Shown here in pieces: positions 28,124 to 41,700 of a DNA stretch of 64,000 bases (the first letter of the stretch is position 1; every line of letters starts with the position of its first letter). The stretch is from positions 11,653-75,652 of IMG/VR virus record IMGVR_UViG_3300018424_003600; one strand, written 5' to 3'. Made by a program: the position numbers and the translations under genes. Source of the stretch: a virus. Below the pieces are notes generated by a model. The model did no database searches, was not told the DNA's origin, and saw nothing but the letters and a program-made list of their open reading frames with translations.

Positions 28124-30070
28124 TTATGGATATGCGGTTGTTGATACCCACTGCCAATTTGTTCCGTTACTTTCAAATGTCATTACAGATCTTACTGGCG
28201 ATAGTACAACACTACCAGATGCACCAGCTGGATCAAATACTACATCTTGCGTAACAGTTTCGTTTAATGTTCCTCCTGCATCAACAGCAATATAACTTAT
28301 TTGTTTTATTGATTCAATATCAACACCCGATACAGTTGCGCCTGAATATGATGTTGCATGTATTCTAGCTACCTTTCTGTTATGTGTTGTTGTTAAAGGA
28401 TACAAATCATCTAAATATCCTGCTACAGCATTTTGTAATGCTGTACCAGAACCTAAACCTGTAATGTCCATAGAAAATACTATAGTTTCTGTTGCAATTT
28501 CTTCGTCTACATAGCCTTTGTTTGCAACTGTATCATCTGAATCTTCGCTAACTGATAAAATTGCTGCTTGTTTTTCACTAATTGCTTTGCCTGCACCAGT
28601 AATTTTTTGATTATCTGTTATATTAATGTCACCTAATGCAGTAATATTGATACCATTAGTACCAACAAGATTCATTGCTAACAGATTGTCAGATGCATCG
28701 CCTAGTGATATAGCTGCACCTACTTTAATAGTAGTTCCGTCAAGTCTTATATTATCAACAGATAATGCTGATAGTGTACCAAGACTTGTTAATTGTGGAG
28801 CACTTGTAACATTAACTAAACTGTTGTTTGTTAGTTTGTCTACGCCACCAATTTTATAAGTTAAATTTGTATTCAATAAGTCTATGTTTACGTTAGATGT
28901 GAAGGCATTTGTTGCAAATCTCCAAAGCAAATCTTTACTTCCACTTAGACTATTAACTCTTAATCCTGATTCGTCTGCTAATCCATCAGTTAAAGCAGTA
29001 CTATCATTAAGTATACCAATCTCTATGAGTTTATCTTCTACTCTAAGTGTTTGTACATCAAGTGCTACACGGTCACCTTCAACAATTAAATCTCCGGTTA
29101 CTCTCAAGTCACCTTCTACATCTAGTGTATACTCTGGTAATCTATCAGTTGTAAAAATACCAACTCTTGCTGTACTTGCATCTACATAAACAGCATCAAC
29201 TGTAACAGCACCAAAAACCGACGACTTAACACGTAAACTTAAATCATGGTCTGTTAGCTGATTTTCAATGTAAAAACGTGGTCCTACAACTCTTTGAACA
29301 TTGTTTTGAGATAATCCAATAGTTAAACCACCTGAGTTTTGTATAGTTAATGTTCCGGTTGTAACACCATTAGCAGTTGACGGGAGGAAACTATCAGCAG
29401 TTCTTACAACTCCTGAAGCAGTTACTAGTGCGTTTGCAGAATCAGCAGTTCCTCTATATTTAAAATTGCTTTTATCGATTATGTTATAGCCTTGATAGAT
29501 AATACCGTCTGGATTAGTATCTGTAACAAGACTTAAAATTCTTTGACTGTATATCGGTGTAAATTCAATATTACTAATAACAGCAGACATTGTACCGCCT
29601 ATATACAAATAAACAACTGTTCGAGAACGACTTTGTGTATCTAATATACTTCCAACTTCAAAACCACTTTTTCCTTGTGCTTCTGTATATTGAGGACCAA
29701 CAAGTATTAAATCAACACCATCAAAAGCATAAAGTTGATTTGCTAAATTATCAATCCATAAGTCTCCAGCAACCATCTGCGGTCTTGTATCTGTTACGCT
29801 AGGTCCGCCACTTGCTTTCCATTGCGTTCCATCATAAACTTTTAAACGTTGCTCTGATGTATCCCACCATATTTGACCAATAATAGGATTGCTAGGAGCA
29901 GCAGTATTTGCAAAATTTTCTAAAAGTTTTACAAAGTTCTCGTTAAAGTATTCACCATATCCGCTATAGTTTCTACCAACAAGAGTAAGATTGGTGCTAT
30001 TAGTGTCTAATTGCCCGTCTATAAGATCTATTAGTAAAGTTCCATCTGTCTTGTTTATTTGGTAGCTCAT
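28124..30070 (-). CDS. Tail fibre protein
   Basis: Shared N-terminus (VGRNYSGYG...ENF..LLENFA...GQIWWDT); VGI...LDVEGDLRVTGDLIVEG fibre repeats. Confidence 0.7.
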   Translation of the reverse strand: MSYQINKTDGTLLIDLIDGQLDTNSTNLTLVGRNYSGYGEYFNENFVKLLENFANTAAPSNPIIGQIWWDTSEQRLKVYDGTQWKASGGPSVTDTRPQMVAGDLWIDNLANQLYAFDGVDLILVGPQYTEAQGKSGFEVGSILDTQSRSRTVVYLYIGGTMSAVISNIEFTPIYSQRILSLVTDTNPDGIIYQGYNIIDKSNFKYRGTADSANALVTASGVVRTADSFLPSTANGVTTGTLTIQNSGGLTIGLSQNNVQRVVGPRFYIENQLTDHDLSLRVKSSVFGAVTVDAVYVDASTARVGIFTTDRLPEYTLDVEGDLRVTGDLIVEGDRVALDVQTLRVEDKLIEIGILNDSTALTDGLADESGLRVNSLSGSKDLLWRFATNAFTSNVNIDLLNTNLTYKIGGVDKLTNNSLVNVTSAPQLTSLGTLSALSVDNIRLDGTTIKVGAAISLGDASDNLLAMNLVGTNGINITALGDINITDNQKITGAGKAISEKQAAILSVSEDSDDTVANKGYVDEEIATETIVFSMDITGLGSGTALQNAVAGYLDDLYPLTTTHNRKVARIHATSYSGATVSGVDIESIKQISYIAVDAGGTLNETVTQDVVFDPAGASGSVVLSPVRSVMTFESNGTNWQWVSTTAYP

Positions 30071-30071
30071 G

Positions 30072-32129
30072 TTATTGTCCTGTATAAATTATGTAATTAA
30101 CGGCTAAGTATGGGTTCATTACATTTAATGCTTCGCCTATTGATGTATCAGTCTTAATACCTCCACTTGTCGCCAATCCTTGTGTTCCGCCGCCGCCTGG
30201 TTCAATAGGCAACGTAATAGCATTACTGTCTGAAGCTTCTCCAGCAGCAACTCTAATACCATAGAATTGACCGTTAGTAACATCGCCTTTTAAATCGTGT
30301 TCGTGTTCTGGTAAATTGTCTAATTCAATATTTACACCTTCAGAGCCTCCAGTGCCGCCCATTGAATCTGCTGCAATATCAGTTACTCTATTTGCGGTTG
30401 GGCCTCCCATGTTATCTAAGCCCATTGCAAATCTACCACGTAAGTCAGGTAGTGTAAATCTGTTAACTCCGTTGTCAGAAACTAGTGTCGGATCTTTAAA
30501 ATTATGTTGGATTGCTAACCACAACTCATTATAATCTGTTTTAAGAACTTCCGAACCATCGCACAATAACCATCCTTCTGGTGCTTCTTCGCCACCATAT
30601 GGCATAATTGCTCCTGCAGGAACTAATGGTATTGATTTTAAGAAGTTACGTTTTGTAATTCTGTAAACACCTGTTGTTCCAGTTGTTCTATTTAAAAGGA
30701 TTTCGTCTGCATTACCTGCATCATATGTAACATCTTTACTACTAATAAATCCATTGGAAATACTCACATTAAAAGTTTTGCTTGTTCCGCCAGTTTGTCC
30801 GTCGAATTCAAAACTATTATTTTCTACATCACCTGTAATATTAAATGTAGTTGAGCTTGCAAGTCTATCTGCTGAGCCTGCTCTCCCTGATACTGTACCG
30901 CTTACGTTACCTTGTAGGTTACCAAAAAATGTTGTAGCATAAACTTCATCATATTTGTTGTTAGTTGTACCAATATTTCTAGCTGCATTTTCGTCTGGAA
31001 CTACATTTCCAGTATATAAAATTCCGCCAATATCTACATCGCCTCCGATGTAAGCGTTTAGTGAAACACCTAAGCCCCCTGTTGTTGTAATACTTCCTGT
31101 TCCTATCGATGTAGATTGTTCAGTACTAGCAACTTGAATTACTCCTGTTCCGGGTTCTCCAGTTTTTGGTGCAACTTTAATATTACCTTTAACATCTAAT
31201 GCTTCTTCTGGAGCACCATTGTTAATACCTACTGAACCTTCACTATTAATAGTTACTATTGTAGGAGACAAGTTACCATTACGCATTCTTACATCAATAC
31301 TAGAACCATTTGTATTGTGTTGTATTACACCTGTTTCACCGTCAATACCAATAGTTAATTGTCCGCCAGTACCAATGCTAATTCCGTCATTTGATTTTAC
31401 ACTAAGTTGGTAGTTGGTTGTACTTGCTGCATTGCCTTGTAAAAAATTACTTGCAGATACAACTTCACCGCCTACAACTAATGCTTCAGCTTTTTCAGCA
31501 ATACCATAATACTTTAATGTTTGTGTGCCAACTATTGCCTCATTAGCAATGTTCATTCCTGCACTAATACCTTGTCTAAATCCTTTGATAGATGTTTTAG
31601 GTATAAATGATTGGCTACTAATAATAATTGCAGGTTTGTCTTCAACTTTAATAGTAAGAACACTATACGTAACATCATCTGTTCCTACTATTGATTCTGC
31701 TTGTGCTCCAGTTAAAAGGCCGTCGCTGAAACTTGGGCCAACTAGCACCCAGCCTGCGCCAGTAAACAAATAAAGCTGTTGACTTTCTGTGTTTACCCAA
31801 AGATCACCGGCTGTTGAATTTGCTACAGCAGGTTGCGAAGTTGCTTTTTTAAGTCCGCCACTAGCAACCCAATTAGTACCATCATATACCTTTAATTGAT
31901 CAATTCCTGCTGAAGTATCGTACCATAATTGTCCTTCTACTGGACGAGCAGGTGCTGTATTATTTGCAAAGTTTTCTAATAGATGTAACAGGTCTTCTGC
32001 AATTGCTTGTCCGTAACCAGTAGTAAATCTACCAGGAATACTTAAACTAGTTTCTTGGTTGAGAGTATTGTCTTCAACGGTAATTGTACCTTTGTTTACA
32101 GTATCGGTATAGTTTATTGTGTATGCCAT
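30072..32129 (-). CDS. Short tail fibre with phage tail-collar domain (gp12-like)
   Basis: VPAGAIMPYGGEEAPEGWLLCDG...FTLPDLRGRF...LPEHEH...NVMNPYLAVNYIIYTG; shared N-terminus. Confidence 0.85.
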   Translation of the reverse strand: MAYTINYTDTVNKGTITVEDNTLNQETSLSIPGRFTTGYGQAIAEDLLHLLENFANNTAPARPVEGQLWYDTSAGIDQLKVYDGTNWVASGGLKKATSQPAVANSTAGDLWVNTESQQLYLFTGAGWVLVGPSFSDGLLTGAQAESIVGTDDVTYSVLTIKVEDKPAIIISSQSFIPKTSIKGFRQGISAGMNIANEAIVGTQTLKYYGIAEKAEALVVGGEVVSASNFLQGNAASTTNYQLSVKSNDGISIGTGGQLTIGIDGETGVIQHNTNGSSIDVRMRNGNLSPTIVTINSEGSVGINNGAPEEALDVKGNIKVAPKTGEPGTGVIQVASTEQSTSIGTGSITTTGGLGVSLNAYIGGDVDIGGILYTGNVVPDENAARNIGTTNNKYDEVYATTFFGNLQGNVSGTVSGRAGSADRLASSTTFNITGDVENNSFEFDGQTGGTSKTFNVSISNGFISSKDVTYDAGNADEILLNRTTGTTGVYRITKRNFLKSIPLVPAGAIMPYGGEEAPEGWLLCDGSEVLKTDYNELWLAIQHNFKDPTLVSDNGVNRFTLPDLRGRFAMGLDNMGGPTANRVTDIAADSMGGTGGSEGVNIELDNLPEHEHDLKGDVTNGQFYGIRVAAGEASDSNAITLPIEPGGGGTQGLATSGGIKTDTSIGEALNVMNPYLAVNYIIYTGQ

Positions 32130-32140
32130 TTATATACCCC

Positions 32141-32743
32141 TTACCCTGCTAAACTCTGAACTCTTACAGTATAGTCAATTTGTATTAAGCGGTTTAACGA
32201 TTTTTGCACAGGGTGGAAAATTACATGAGTGATTAATTTACCTTCTCCGTCCTGTGAATAACTACGTAACCCTAACTCGTCAAATACATATGGACTATCA
32301 GTTGCAGATGCAGTATCAAACGCCTCTTGACCGTTTGGCTCGCCATAATCAAGCAAACAACTTACAACAATATCAGTATAATTTGTACCTGCAACGTGTC
32401 TTGTTTCTAACTTATTACGTGCAGGGTCTGTATTGTTTACGCTTCTGTCGTCTACAACTTTAGTGTAAGTTTGATTGTACAAACTTGCGTTTGTGCCAGT
32501 TGAATTTGGTGTTAGGTATGTAATAATACCAGTTGGATCGACGTTTGTACCGCCGTTACCAAAACTCATCTGGTAAATGAATCCTTGTCCTTCGTTTGCC
32601 AAACTTTCTGCAAGCGCAATACTCATATTTTCATAATGAATTGCGTTGCGTTTGTCAACGTAGACTTTTTGAGATTCAGGGTCATATATTTTTATATGTC
32701 CTTGAACTAGTACTCCGTTTGTATCTTGCATAATGTCACTCAT
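32141..32743 (-). CDS. Baseplate/fibre-attachment structural protein
   Basis: MSFGNGG...FDELGL...THVIF.PVQKS...IDYTV pattern; located between the wedge and fibre genes. Confidence 0.55.
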   Translation of the reverse strand: MSDIMQDTNGVLVQGHIKIYDPESQKVYVDKRNAIHYENMSIALAESLANEGQGFIYQMSFGNGGTNVDPTGIITYLTPNSTGTNASLYNQTYTKVVDDRSVNNTDPARNKLETRHVAGTNYTDIVVSCLLDYGEPNGQEAFDTASATDSPYVFDELGLRSYSQDGEGKLITHVIFHPVQKSLNRLIQIDYTVRVQSLAG

Positions 32744-32760
32744 CTATTTTTCCTATACTG

Positions 32761-32768
32761 TATTTATT
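32761..32768 (-). promoter_or_regulatory. T4-like late promoter motif (AATAAATA) overlapping the stop of the giant gene
   Basis: 17 nt upstream of the 32743 start, followed by an AGGA RBS. Confidence 0.5.
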
Positions 32769-35700
32769 CTGGTAGCTCAGATGTTCCTGCACGTAAGAAT
32801 CTTGCAATTGAATTTTCTGTATTTCCTAGTGTAGTTCCTTGTGTTGTCCACGCTCGACCTACTTTTTTAACAACTGTAATTCTAGAATTTTCTGCAGGAG
32901 TGTTTAATAAAGTAATACTATTTGTATCTGCATCAAAACTAAAATCTGCACTAATTGTTACATCGCCTTCTGGACTATCTAACGCAAGCGTTGGATCAAA
33001 AACTTCAATTGTAGTTTTACGCTGTCTTGTGCCGCCAACAAATACTTCAATTTCATTTATAGAATTAACATCGTAATCTATTTCAAAATTGTTTGTATTT
33101 CCGTCAGCTATTGTGTTATAAGCTAAAGTTGTATCTCTGTATGGAACGGTTTTACTTATGTTTTGATCAAATACATTTGTTCCCGCTGAGTGTACTTCTT
33201 TAACTCCTGTTCCTAGTGTACCTCTACGTAATTGACGTAATGTATTATCTTCTTTTACAAAGTACTCTATACGTTCGCCATTTATAAAAATTACACCCGG
33301 TAAATTTAAATCTTTGTTAGGGGTTGATAGCGTAGATCCGTCAACAACTTCTATACGTAAATCATAATAATTTAAATCTTGTGCAAGTGTAGTTGCTGCA
33401 CTATCAAGTCGTTTAAAGTGTGTTCTGTTAAGCATATCTTTAAACTGTCTAAACGCAAATTTAGGAACACTTACATTAGCAGCAAAATGTAATATATCTA
33501 TTACATCGTTTGCTTGTGGTGTAACTGTTAATCTAACTTTTTGTTTATCATCTGTTATATAATAATCTACACTCGGAGTTAACAATTCTCCATTTAAAGA
33601 TACCCAAACATACTGTGCATCTACAGCAGGTTTACGTAGTTTTATTTCACCTAGTGTTAATCTGTTGTATGTTACATACTCTACTTCGCCTGCATATGTA
33701 GTAGTTCTTTCAACAACATCATAATTTATTCTTTCTAATTTTAGAATGTCATGATTTGTCATTTGAATAATTTCAACAGTTTCTTGATCAGCTGGCGGTG
33801 TATCTAATATTACTGTTGATCCAATAACACGATATTCACCATCTGTTATAACATAGATATCTAATAAATCTCCAGGGGTACCAATATCATCTGGAAGTAC
33901 AATACTACTGTTTGCAATATCAAATCTCCATTGTACCGGAGTTTCAATTAATTTTCCATTTAAATAAACACTAACATCAGAAACATCTAAACTTCCTTGT
34001 GGTTGTTGGAAAATTTCTAAAGCATATTCTCTTTGATTGTTTTCTGGAATTTCAAACTTTGTATTATAACCAGCGTTTAAAATTCTGTTTCCAACTTTTA
34101 CAAGTATGTTATGTTGAGTTGGAGCAGCATAAAGAGGTGTTGACTGAATATCATACTCTATACTAACACCATCACCTACAAACATACTTGACGACATTTG
34201 ACTATAATTTACAACATCGCTGTTTCCAAATAGCGTAAAATTAATTACACTATTAAGATTTGGTGGTGTGTCAAAACGTATAAACGCTCTTGTTGAATCA
34301 TTAGTGTTATAAACTGTTACGTCTTGCTGTACTCCATTAATATTAGCATAGCCAGACATTCCTTCTACAAATTCAACATTAGTTTCAAAGTCTGTTTGTT
34401 CTCCGTCTCCAGTAAATTTACCATAATCAAGTATACTTTGAACACCTTGTGCAACTGCAACTATGTTAAGTTCCTCACCTCCAATTAAAGACGGAATAGT
34501 TATAATATTTGAACTCCAGTTAATTGTAAACTCAGAATCTGCAAGTATTACATTGTCAACTTTTACAATTACTGCTGATATATTGTTAGGAATAACTCCT
34601 AGATTATAGTTAAGTGTTCCTGGAACTGCACGATAACTTTGAGAATATATTACGCCTTGTCCGTCGCTGTCTCTTGTATAAACTTTAATATCAAGTGTAT
34701 CAAGAATTTGTCCAGGTACTAATTCTTCAGGACCACCACTAGTTGTTGGCGTAACAAATCCATCGCCGTCAACAATTATATCCTCAGCATTAAGTCCTGT
34801 TGCTGTTGAATATTGTAAGTCGCCGCCTTCTAATTGCGTATCATAACTATCAGGGTCAATTTTAACACTGCCATCACTAGTAATTTTTCGAATAGCAAGT
34901 ACGTCTCCGTCTAACATCAAAATATCTCTTGATGCTAGATCAATTGTATCAGTTACTCCGTCGCCTGTAATGCTATTTGTAATAGCGTGTACATTTGTCG
35001 GTGTGCCTGCATCGTAGTCAGGATCATCAATTCTTACACCATTTTTATATAAGTTGTAAACAACTCCGTCTTCTAATGGTGCAGAAAGTTGAACCGAAAC
35101 TGTTGAACCATCTGCTGTAAAAATTTCATCTTCAAATGTATTAACAAAAGAATCCCAATTATCAGTATACCAAGGTTGACTATCCCATCCTGCAGAACTT
35201 GTAAAGTCAAAACTTGTTACTTCAACTCCACCATAGTCAATACCTGTCATTAGCTGCGCTAAATCTTTACCATACATTCCTGCTGTTGGTGCATATGCTA
35301 AATTAATTCTGTCTTGTGCAGTTAGCATACTTAATGGTTTATAATATTCTACACGAATACTTGCTCCAAGTGCAGGAGGTGTAGTAAATATAATTTTTCC
35401 TTGATGTCTAGTATATGTCTTACTATTGTCAATAATATTTTCGTATGAATATTTGCTTCTTAATTGTAATACATCATCAACATAAATTTTAACTTTCTTT
35501 TTATCAAGGTCCATTGGCCATTCTAAGAAGAAACGTGTTTCAGAATTTGTTCCTACAAAAGTCTCGGTTTCTGCTAACGACTCTATAGTAAATGTTTTAG
35601 AAACACGGTCAAACTTAACTTTAACTCTTGTAGATCTTACAGATCCGTTGCCTAATACCGCAGTTGCTTTAGCAGGAGTTCCGGTATCTAGTTGTGAACC

Positions 35701-38700
35701 TTCAATTACTACTGTTGGTGCGCTTGTATAGCCTGTTCCAGGATTGGTGATTTCAATCTTTGTAATTTTTCCGTAACCTAAGTATGCCTTAGCTGTTGCG
35801 CCTGTACCATTGCCGCCTACAAATTTAATTATAGGTTCATAAGTATATCCGCTTCCTGTATCACCTATATCAACTTTGGTTATTTGATAACCTAAATTAT
35901 TCTTCCAGTTGTTTCTTGGTGGAGTTTCTAAATCAAAGTTTACATCTTGCAAACTGCCATCAACAATAATAGCTTTACTCGGTTCTATTTTTCCAGTCAA
36001 ACTATTATACTTAGGCGGTAAATCAAAATCAGTTACTACACTGTTGGTTTCTTCAGTTACAGTATATTGACTTACAAATTCTCTTAATTTAGTTTTATAA
36101 GGTTTAAATTCTTCTACAAAATCTTGATAGCTTTGTAAATTATCATTATTGAATGTAAGATCTTTTTGTCCTAGATCGCCTCGATTGTGTTTTGCTTTTA
36201 CAAAACTAGTTTTAAATACCCAATCTGCTGCTGGCTGTTCAGCCAATACATAACGTAGTGTAGAAGCAAAAAGTTTATTATATTCTACTTCTAAATCACC
36301 AACAAATAATTTATCACGTATAGTGTTAAGAATTATTCTTAGTTCAAATGCAGGATTGCTATCATAAAAATAATTGTCAAAACTTCTATTACTATAACCT
36401 ATAGTATTTTTACTAAAATTATACAATGACTCATTAAATTCTATGGTACCATTTTGTCTACCAATAGTTTTATAATTAACAGTATAATCTTCTGTATCTT
36501 GAGTATCTATTTTTTCAAGTAATAACCAGCCGCCTGAGCCAATATTATTAATTTTAATAACATCGCCAATGCTATCAGATAGCGTAGGTAACTGATAAGA
36601 ACCATCAATGTTATGTTTAATGTTTGTAAACTGATTATAACCAGTAGCGTACCAATCTTTATAATCCCAATAAAGTTCTACGTTATATCCTTGAACTGAT
36701 ATTCTATTCCATGATTGGCTTTCTATATTCCAGCTATGTAGTGCCCATTTATCCTGAACTTCACTATCTGCTGTTACAAGTGCAGTAAATGGTCTAACTG
36801 TTATAGTAGTGTTATTATCATATCCATAACCGTCATTAGTTATTTTAACATTTGTTATTTGTCCTAAATTATTAAGAGTAATATCAAAATCTGCATCAAA
36901 CCCTTTGCCGTTTATTTTAAATGAAGGTGCTACTTTGTAACCTCTTCCAGAATTAATAATATTAATTCTTGTAATTCTTCCATTTACTATCACAGGCTCT
37001 AAAATTGCTTGTGTAATTTTACTTGTACTAATATATTGTAATTCGCTAATAGAGTCAACTGATATATCGTATTTTTTACTAATTAGCGTTGGCGCTTCGT
37101 CTTTTGCTGTTAAATCAGATATGTCATACTCATCAGTAATTAGACTATTGCCTAATACAAAATTAACTCTTTCAATTGTTTGTTTAAGAGCTTCGATTCT
37201 ATTAACAAACATACTTTGTCTAGGACGACTTTGTACACCATAACGATTTTTTACTGTTATATCAGGATCTGGAACTAATCTAGAATTTTCATCAAAGCCA
37301 ATTAAACTATCAAACCATTTGCGCTCAATATCAGCATCAGGTTTAGACGACTTGTCGTTTTCTGAAAGCAATTTATATTGACTATGTAGATTTTGATTTT
37401 CTTTTGGACCAGTTGAATATTTAATGTTAAGAACAACATCATCACCTTCAATAACATCGTCGCAGTTGTTTAAAACAAATTTGTTATTTGTTAGTAATGA
37501 TAAAAACTTATAACCTTGTGTTCTAGGATTTGCAATAAGTGCTGCAATATCAAATATTGATAAGAATCTGTCTTCCATTACTGGAACTGTTCGTTTTGAT
37601 TCTACCCAGTAGTAGTACTTGTTTTTAAAAGTTTTAGAAACATCATCATATATAATTCTTGTAGAGAATTTTTCATCTCCATACAAAGATGTACCACTTA
37701 TATCTTGTGATGCACCTTCTGGAGTATCTGCAAGAGTATCCCAAGAACTTGGTAGGTAGTCACTTTCAACCCATTCATATATGTTAATAGTTGCGTTAGG
37801 TAATAATTTATTCCAGTTATTTTTTTGGAATGTAGTTGAACCTTGGTGTGCATTAGCAAATTTAGCTGTAGAAATATCCCACCAAACTTTACCAACATAT
37901 TCGTCTGTCCACACTCTGTCAGGATCAACATTATTATCTGTAAGCTCTCCTGTGTTATAAAGCGCAGGATCGTATGGTGCTTTAAATGCTATTTCTTGAT
38001 CAGCTACTCCTGGGATTTTTCCTTGTACAGGGTCTACATAATCAACATAAGTGATAATTTCATTCTTTCTTTTATTGTAAAGAAATGCTCCTCTAATTTT
38101 AGAAACATCTACAGGAATAACATTTTGACTTATTGCTTCCCAAGCAAATACACCATTACCTTTTCTAAAGTCTAACATAATGCCTTTGTAGTCGCCACTG
38201 TATTGTTGCGGCATTCCTACATAAACATGATTGTTATTTGAATATACATTTTCGCCAAACATACGTTGTGACAACGAATATCTAAACTGTTCAGAATATA
38301 TTAGTGTATCTTCTAAATTTTCGTAAACATAAACAACACCTTTATCAAGTATAATATTATTAAATGTAGTAAACTCAGCATCAAATGTTGTAGCAGTTCT
38401 TTCTTTAGATGTAGTATCTAATGTATAAGAGTTTTCATCTACTCTATCTGTATATGTGTCGAAACGTGTTGGAATTTTTTGATCGCCATTTAAACTTGAT
38501 ATAACAAGATTGTCTTCACCAAAGTTTAAACTGTAACCAAACCCTTCGCTTTCTTCATTATTTGGCGGCGTTAATGTTTGTGTTTGTACAAATTTTCCGT
38601 TAACTTGACTATAGATATAAACAATACCTTGATTAATCTTTTTGTCGTCATTATACGGTGCGCCTATAGCAATTTTTCTGCCATCTGGACTTAGACTAAC

Positions 38701-41700
38701 AACATCTGCAAATCCTTCAGTATTATTAGGAGAAGGTATAACTTGATCTACCATATACTTGTCATCTACTTCCCTGTAAACTACAATAGATTTGTGTATA
38801 GTACTGTCTGTTTCCATTTGCTTACTAGTAACAATTAAAACATTACCATCGTCACTAATATCGAACGCCTCACTAAATTGTTCAATATTTTGTATAGGAT
38901 CAAATACTTCTTCATTATAAAAATGTGTTGATGTAAGATTCGGCAAGTAACCTAAGTAATCAATCTTAGTGCTTATTTCACTCCATGATGCATTTGAATT
39001 TGAAGGTACAGGTGCATTAACATCAATATTAGTATTAGCAGACCAAAGTTTGTTATCGTAAACAACTATATTACCAGATTTATAAGTATAAGAATTATCA
39101 AAATCTCCTCGATAATTTGTATCTTGGCCGTAACGCCAACTAATGTTAGTCCAATATATAGAATCTTGTATTACATTTTGTGTTTCAAGAATTGCTTTGT
39201 TTGCACGGTAGTAATTATCTTTATAAATTACAATATCGCCTATGTCATATGCTGTTAACTGGTACTCTCCTTTGAAATTATCTGACGGTTTTGTACCGTG
39301 TCTAACTATTTCAATAGTTCCTGGATATGTGCGTCTGCCTATTGAATCGTCTAATAATTCTTCTGTTGTGTCAACGCCCTTAGAGCCAATCATTAATGTA
39401 TAATAATTATTATTTTGAGTAATTTTTACTAAATTACCAAACTGTCTACCAGCATGTCTATATTCTGATACAAATATATTTTGTAAACGATATTCGCCTG
39501 CAACTCTTCTAAAAATAGCAACTGCGCCTTCGTTTTCTAGTCCAGTTTTTGCAACTCCGTATTTGTCTGCAGGAATATTGTAAACTTGAGTATAATCTTT
39601 GTTTAGACTGTAAGGAGGATTAGCTAGACGTTGTATTCCAGATTCAGTATTTTCGTTGAAGAACCAATATTCTTCGTCAACAACTTCTGGTTGCGTAACA
39701 ATATTTAAATTGCTATCATTTGCAAATACTAATAATTTACCTACTAAATTTGTACCTAGTACAATATCATTATTAATATCTTCAACTGTACCAATTACTC
39801 TGTCAACATCGTTAACACCTCTAATGTTTGGATTAACTGTGTTGTTAGTTCCTGCTTTTCTACGGATTTCGTATCTTCCAATATTTGATAATTCATTCCA
39901 ATTTCCTGACAACACTTTTACATAAACTCTAATACTATTAAAGTTTCTTCTCATAAACACAACTTCGGCACTACTTGTTGTAGTTGAAGTTAGTGCTAGT
40001 CCGCCTTGTCCGTCTCTTGGAATTTGTACATCTTCTAAAATATCACCAATTTGTGGTTCATATGGGAAGCCTTGGAAGTCAAATTCTGTAAGTTCAAAAT
40101 CTATGTATCCATCCCAAATATCAGTTATTGTATGTTTTTTGTTTAAAAATTCGTATGTGAAAGCAGTATTACTTAAATCAATATTTCTATTATCTAAATC
40201 ATACAATCTAAATTCGTATTCTTCTCCAACTTGTACTATGTTACTAAATTCTTTTCCTACTCGAGCAATCCATCTATTATCAAGTTGCGGAGAACTAACT
40301 CCGCTAGTTCCGTCTGCGCCAGCCGGGTCACCAGTATACGAAAGACTTGACAAGAAGCTCGCTTGGTTTTTATTAGTAATGTATGGGCCAACGGCTGCAA
40401 TTGTATTTTGAATATTGTAATAATAGTTTACTGGACGTTGCGAGTCAGCAGGTCTAACATCTGCATAAACTAGACCTTTACCTGAATCATAATATCTTCC
40501 ATTGTTTGAATATGTAAATCCAGTTTCAATATACCAGTAACCTGCAACAGCATCTGTTATAGAGTACGTTGATTCTTCTGTATAATCACCAATTAAATCG
40601 CCTTCGGCATTGTAAGCAGTACCAGAAATATCAAATACACCATTTGTGTTTGAAACATAAATTACTGCACTATCACGCCTTGTTCCAACATATACAATTT
40701 CCGCTGCGCCGGTGTCTGTAGTAAATGTATCGCCTACGTTAGGCAATGTAACAAATGTCTCAAGGAAAAATACATGATCTACTTTTTTAGCAATAGTATG
40801 TTCTTGATTTAACCAATTAACAGTTATTTCAGCAATTTCATTATCAAACGGATATTGAATGTCTGAAGTATTGAATGCATAACTTACTGTATTCCAATAT
40901 AAGTTTACTAAATCGCCCACTGCTGTACCAAGGTACATATCTTTAGGAGCTCTTACTAGAATGTGATCAACAGTATTGTTAGGTAATCCAGGATCGCCTG
41001 CAACTAATAAATTTAAACTGGTACTATCAGCATCTTGCTGTGATGCAATATTAATATATGTATCAAATGTAGTAAACGGTTGATTGCCTATTTGTGGTAA
41101 TATTTCTCTATTAGCTTTCCATAGTGTTTCTCTATAACGAACAATATCACCTTTTACATAAGTCTTATCAGATTGAAAGTCAAAAGTTTGTTCATTTGTA
41201 TTTGAATCTGTTTTATAAGCCAATTTAGTTTTAATATTACTTGCATTAGGAACACCTACTACTAAGTATTCACCATCTGGAGAAACATCTATACTTCTAC
41301 TAAAGTCTAAATTATCTAATGCAAAATAATCATCATTGTCAAGTTCAATTTCTTGAGACAAGTTTAAATTAGATGCTTCTCTACTTCTACGGTAGAAATA
41401 GACTTTTCCGTTTACATCATTTGGAGAAGCTACAAATACATTGTTGTTATCTTTAGTTACAGCAAGACTATCTGTAAATCCATGAGTGGTACTATCGTAC
41501 TCGCTAGGATTGACTATTGTTTGCTCATTATTGTAAACAGAATTATTTTCTAATACTGCCCAAGTGCTATTATAGTCATCTATCCATATTTTTTGATCTT
41601 GGTAAAATTCTTGGTTTGTTAAAGAATTAACTCCGTTAAGAGAATCTGTTCTAACAGTCCTTAACTTAACAACTGAAAAGTTTTCTTCTTCAAAATCTAA

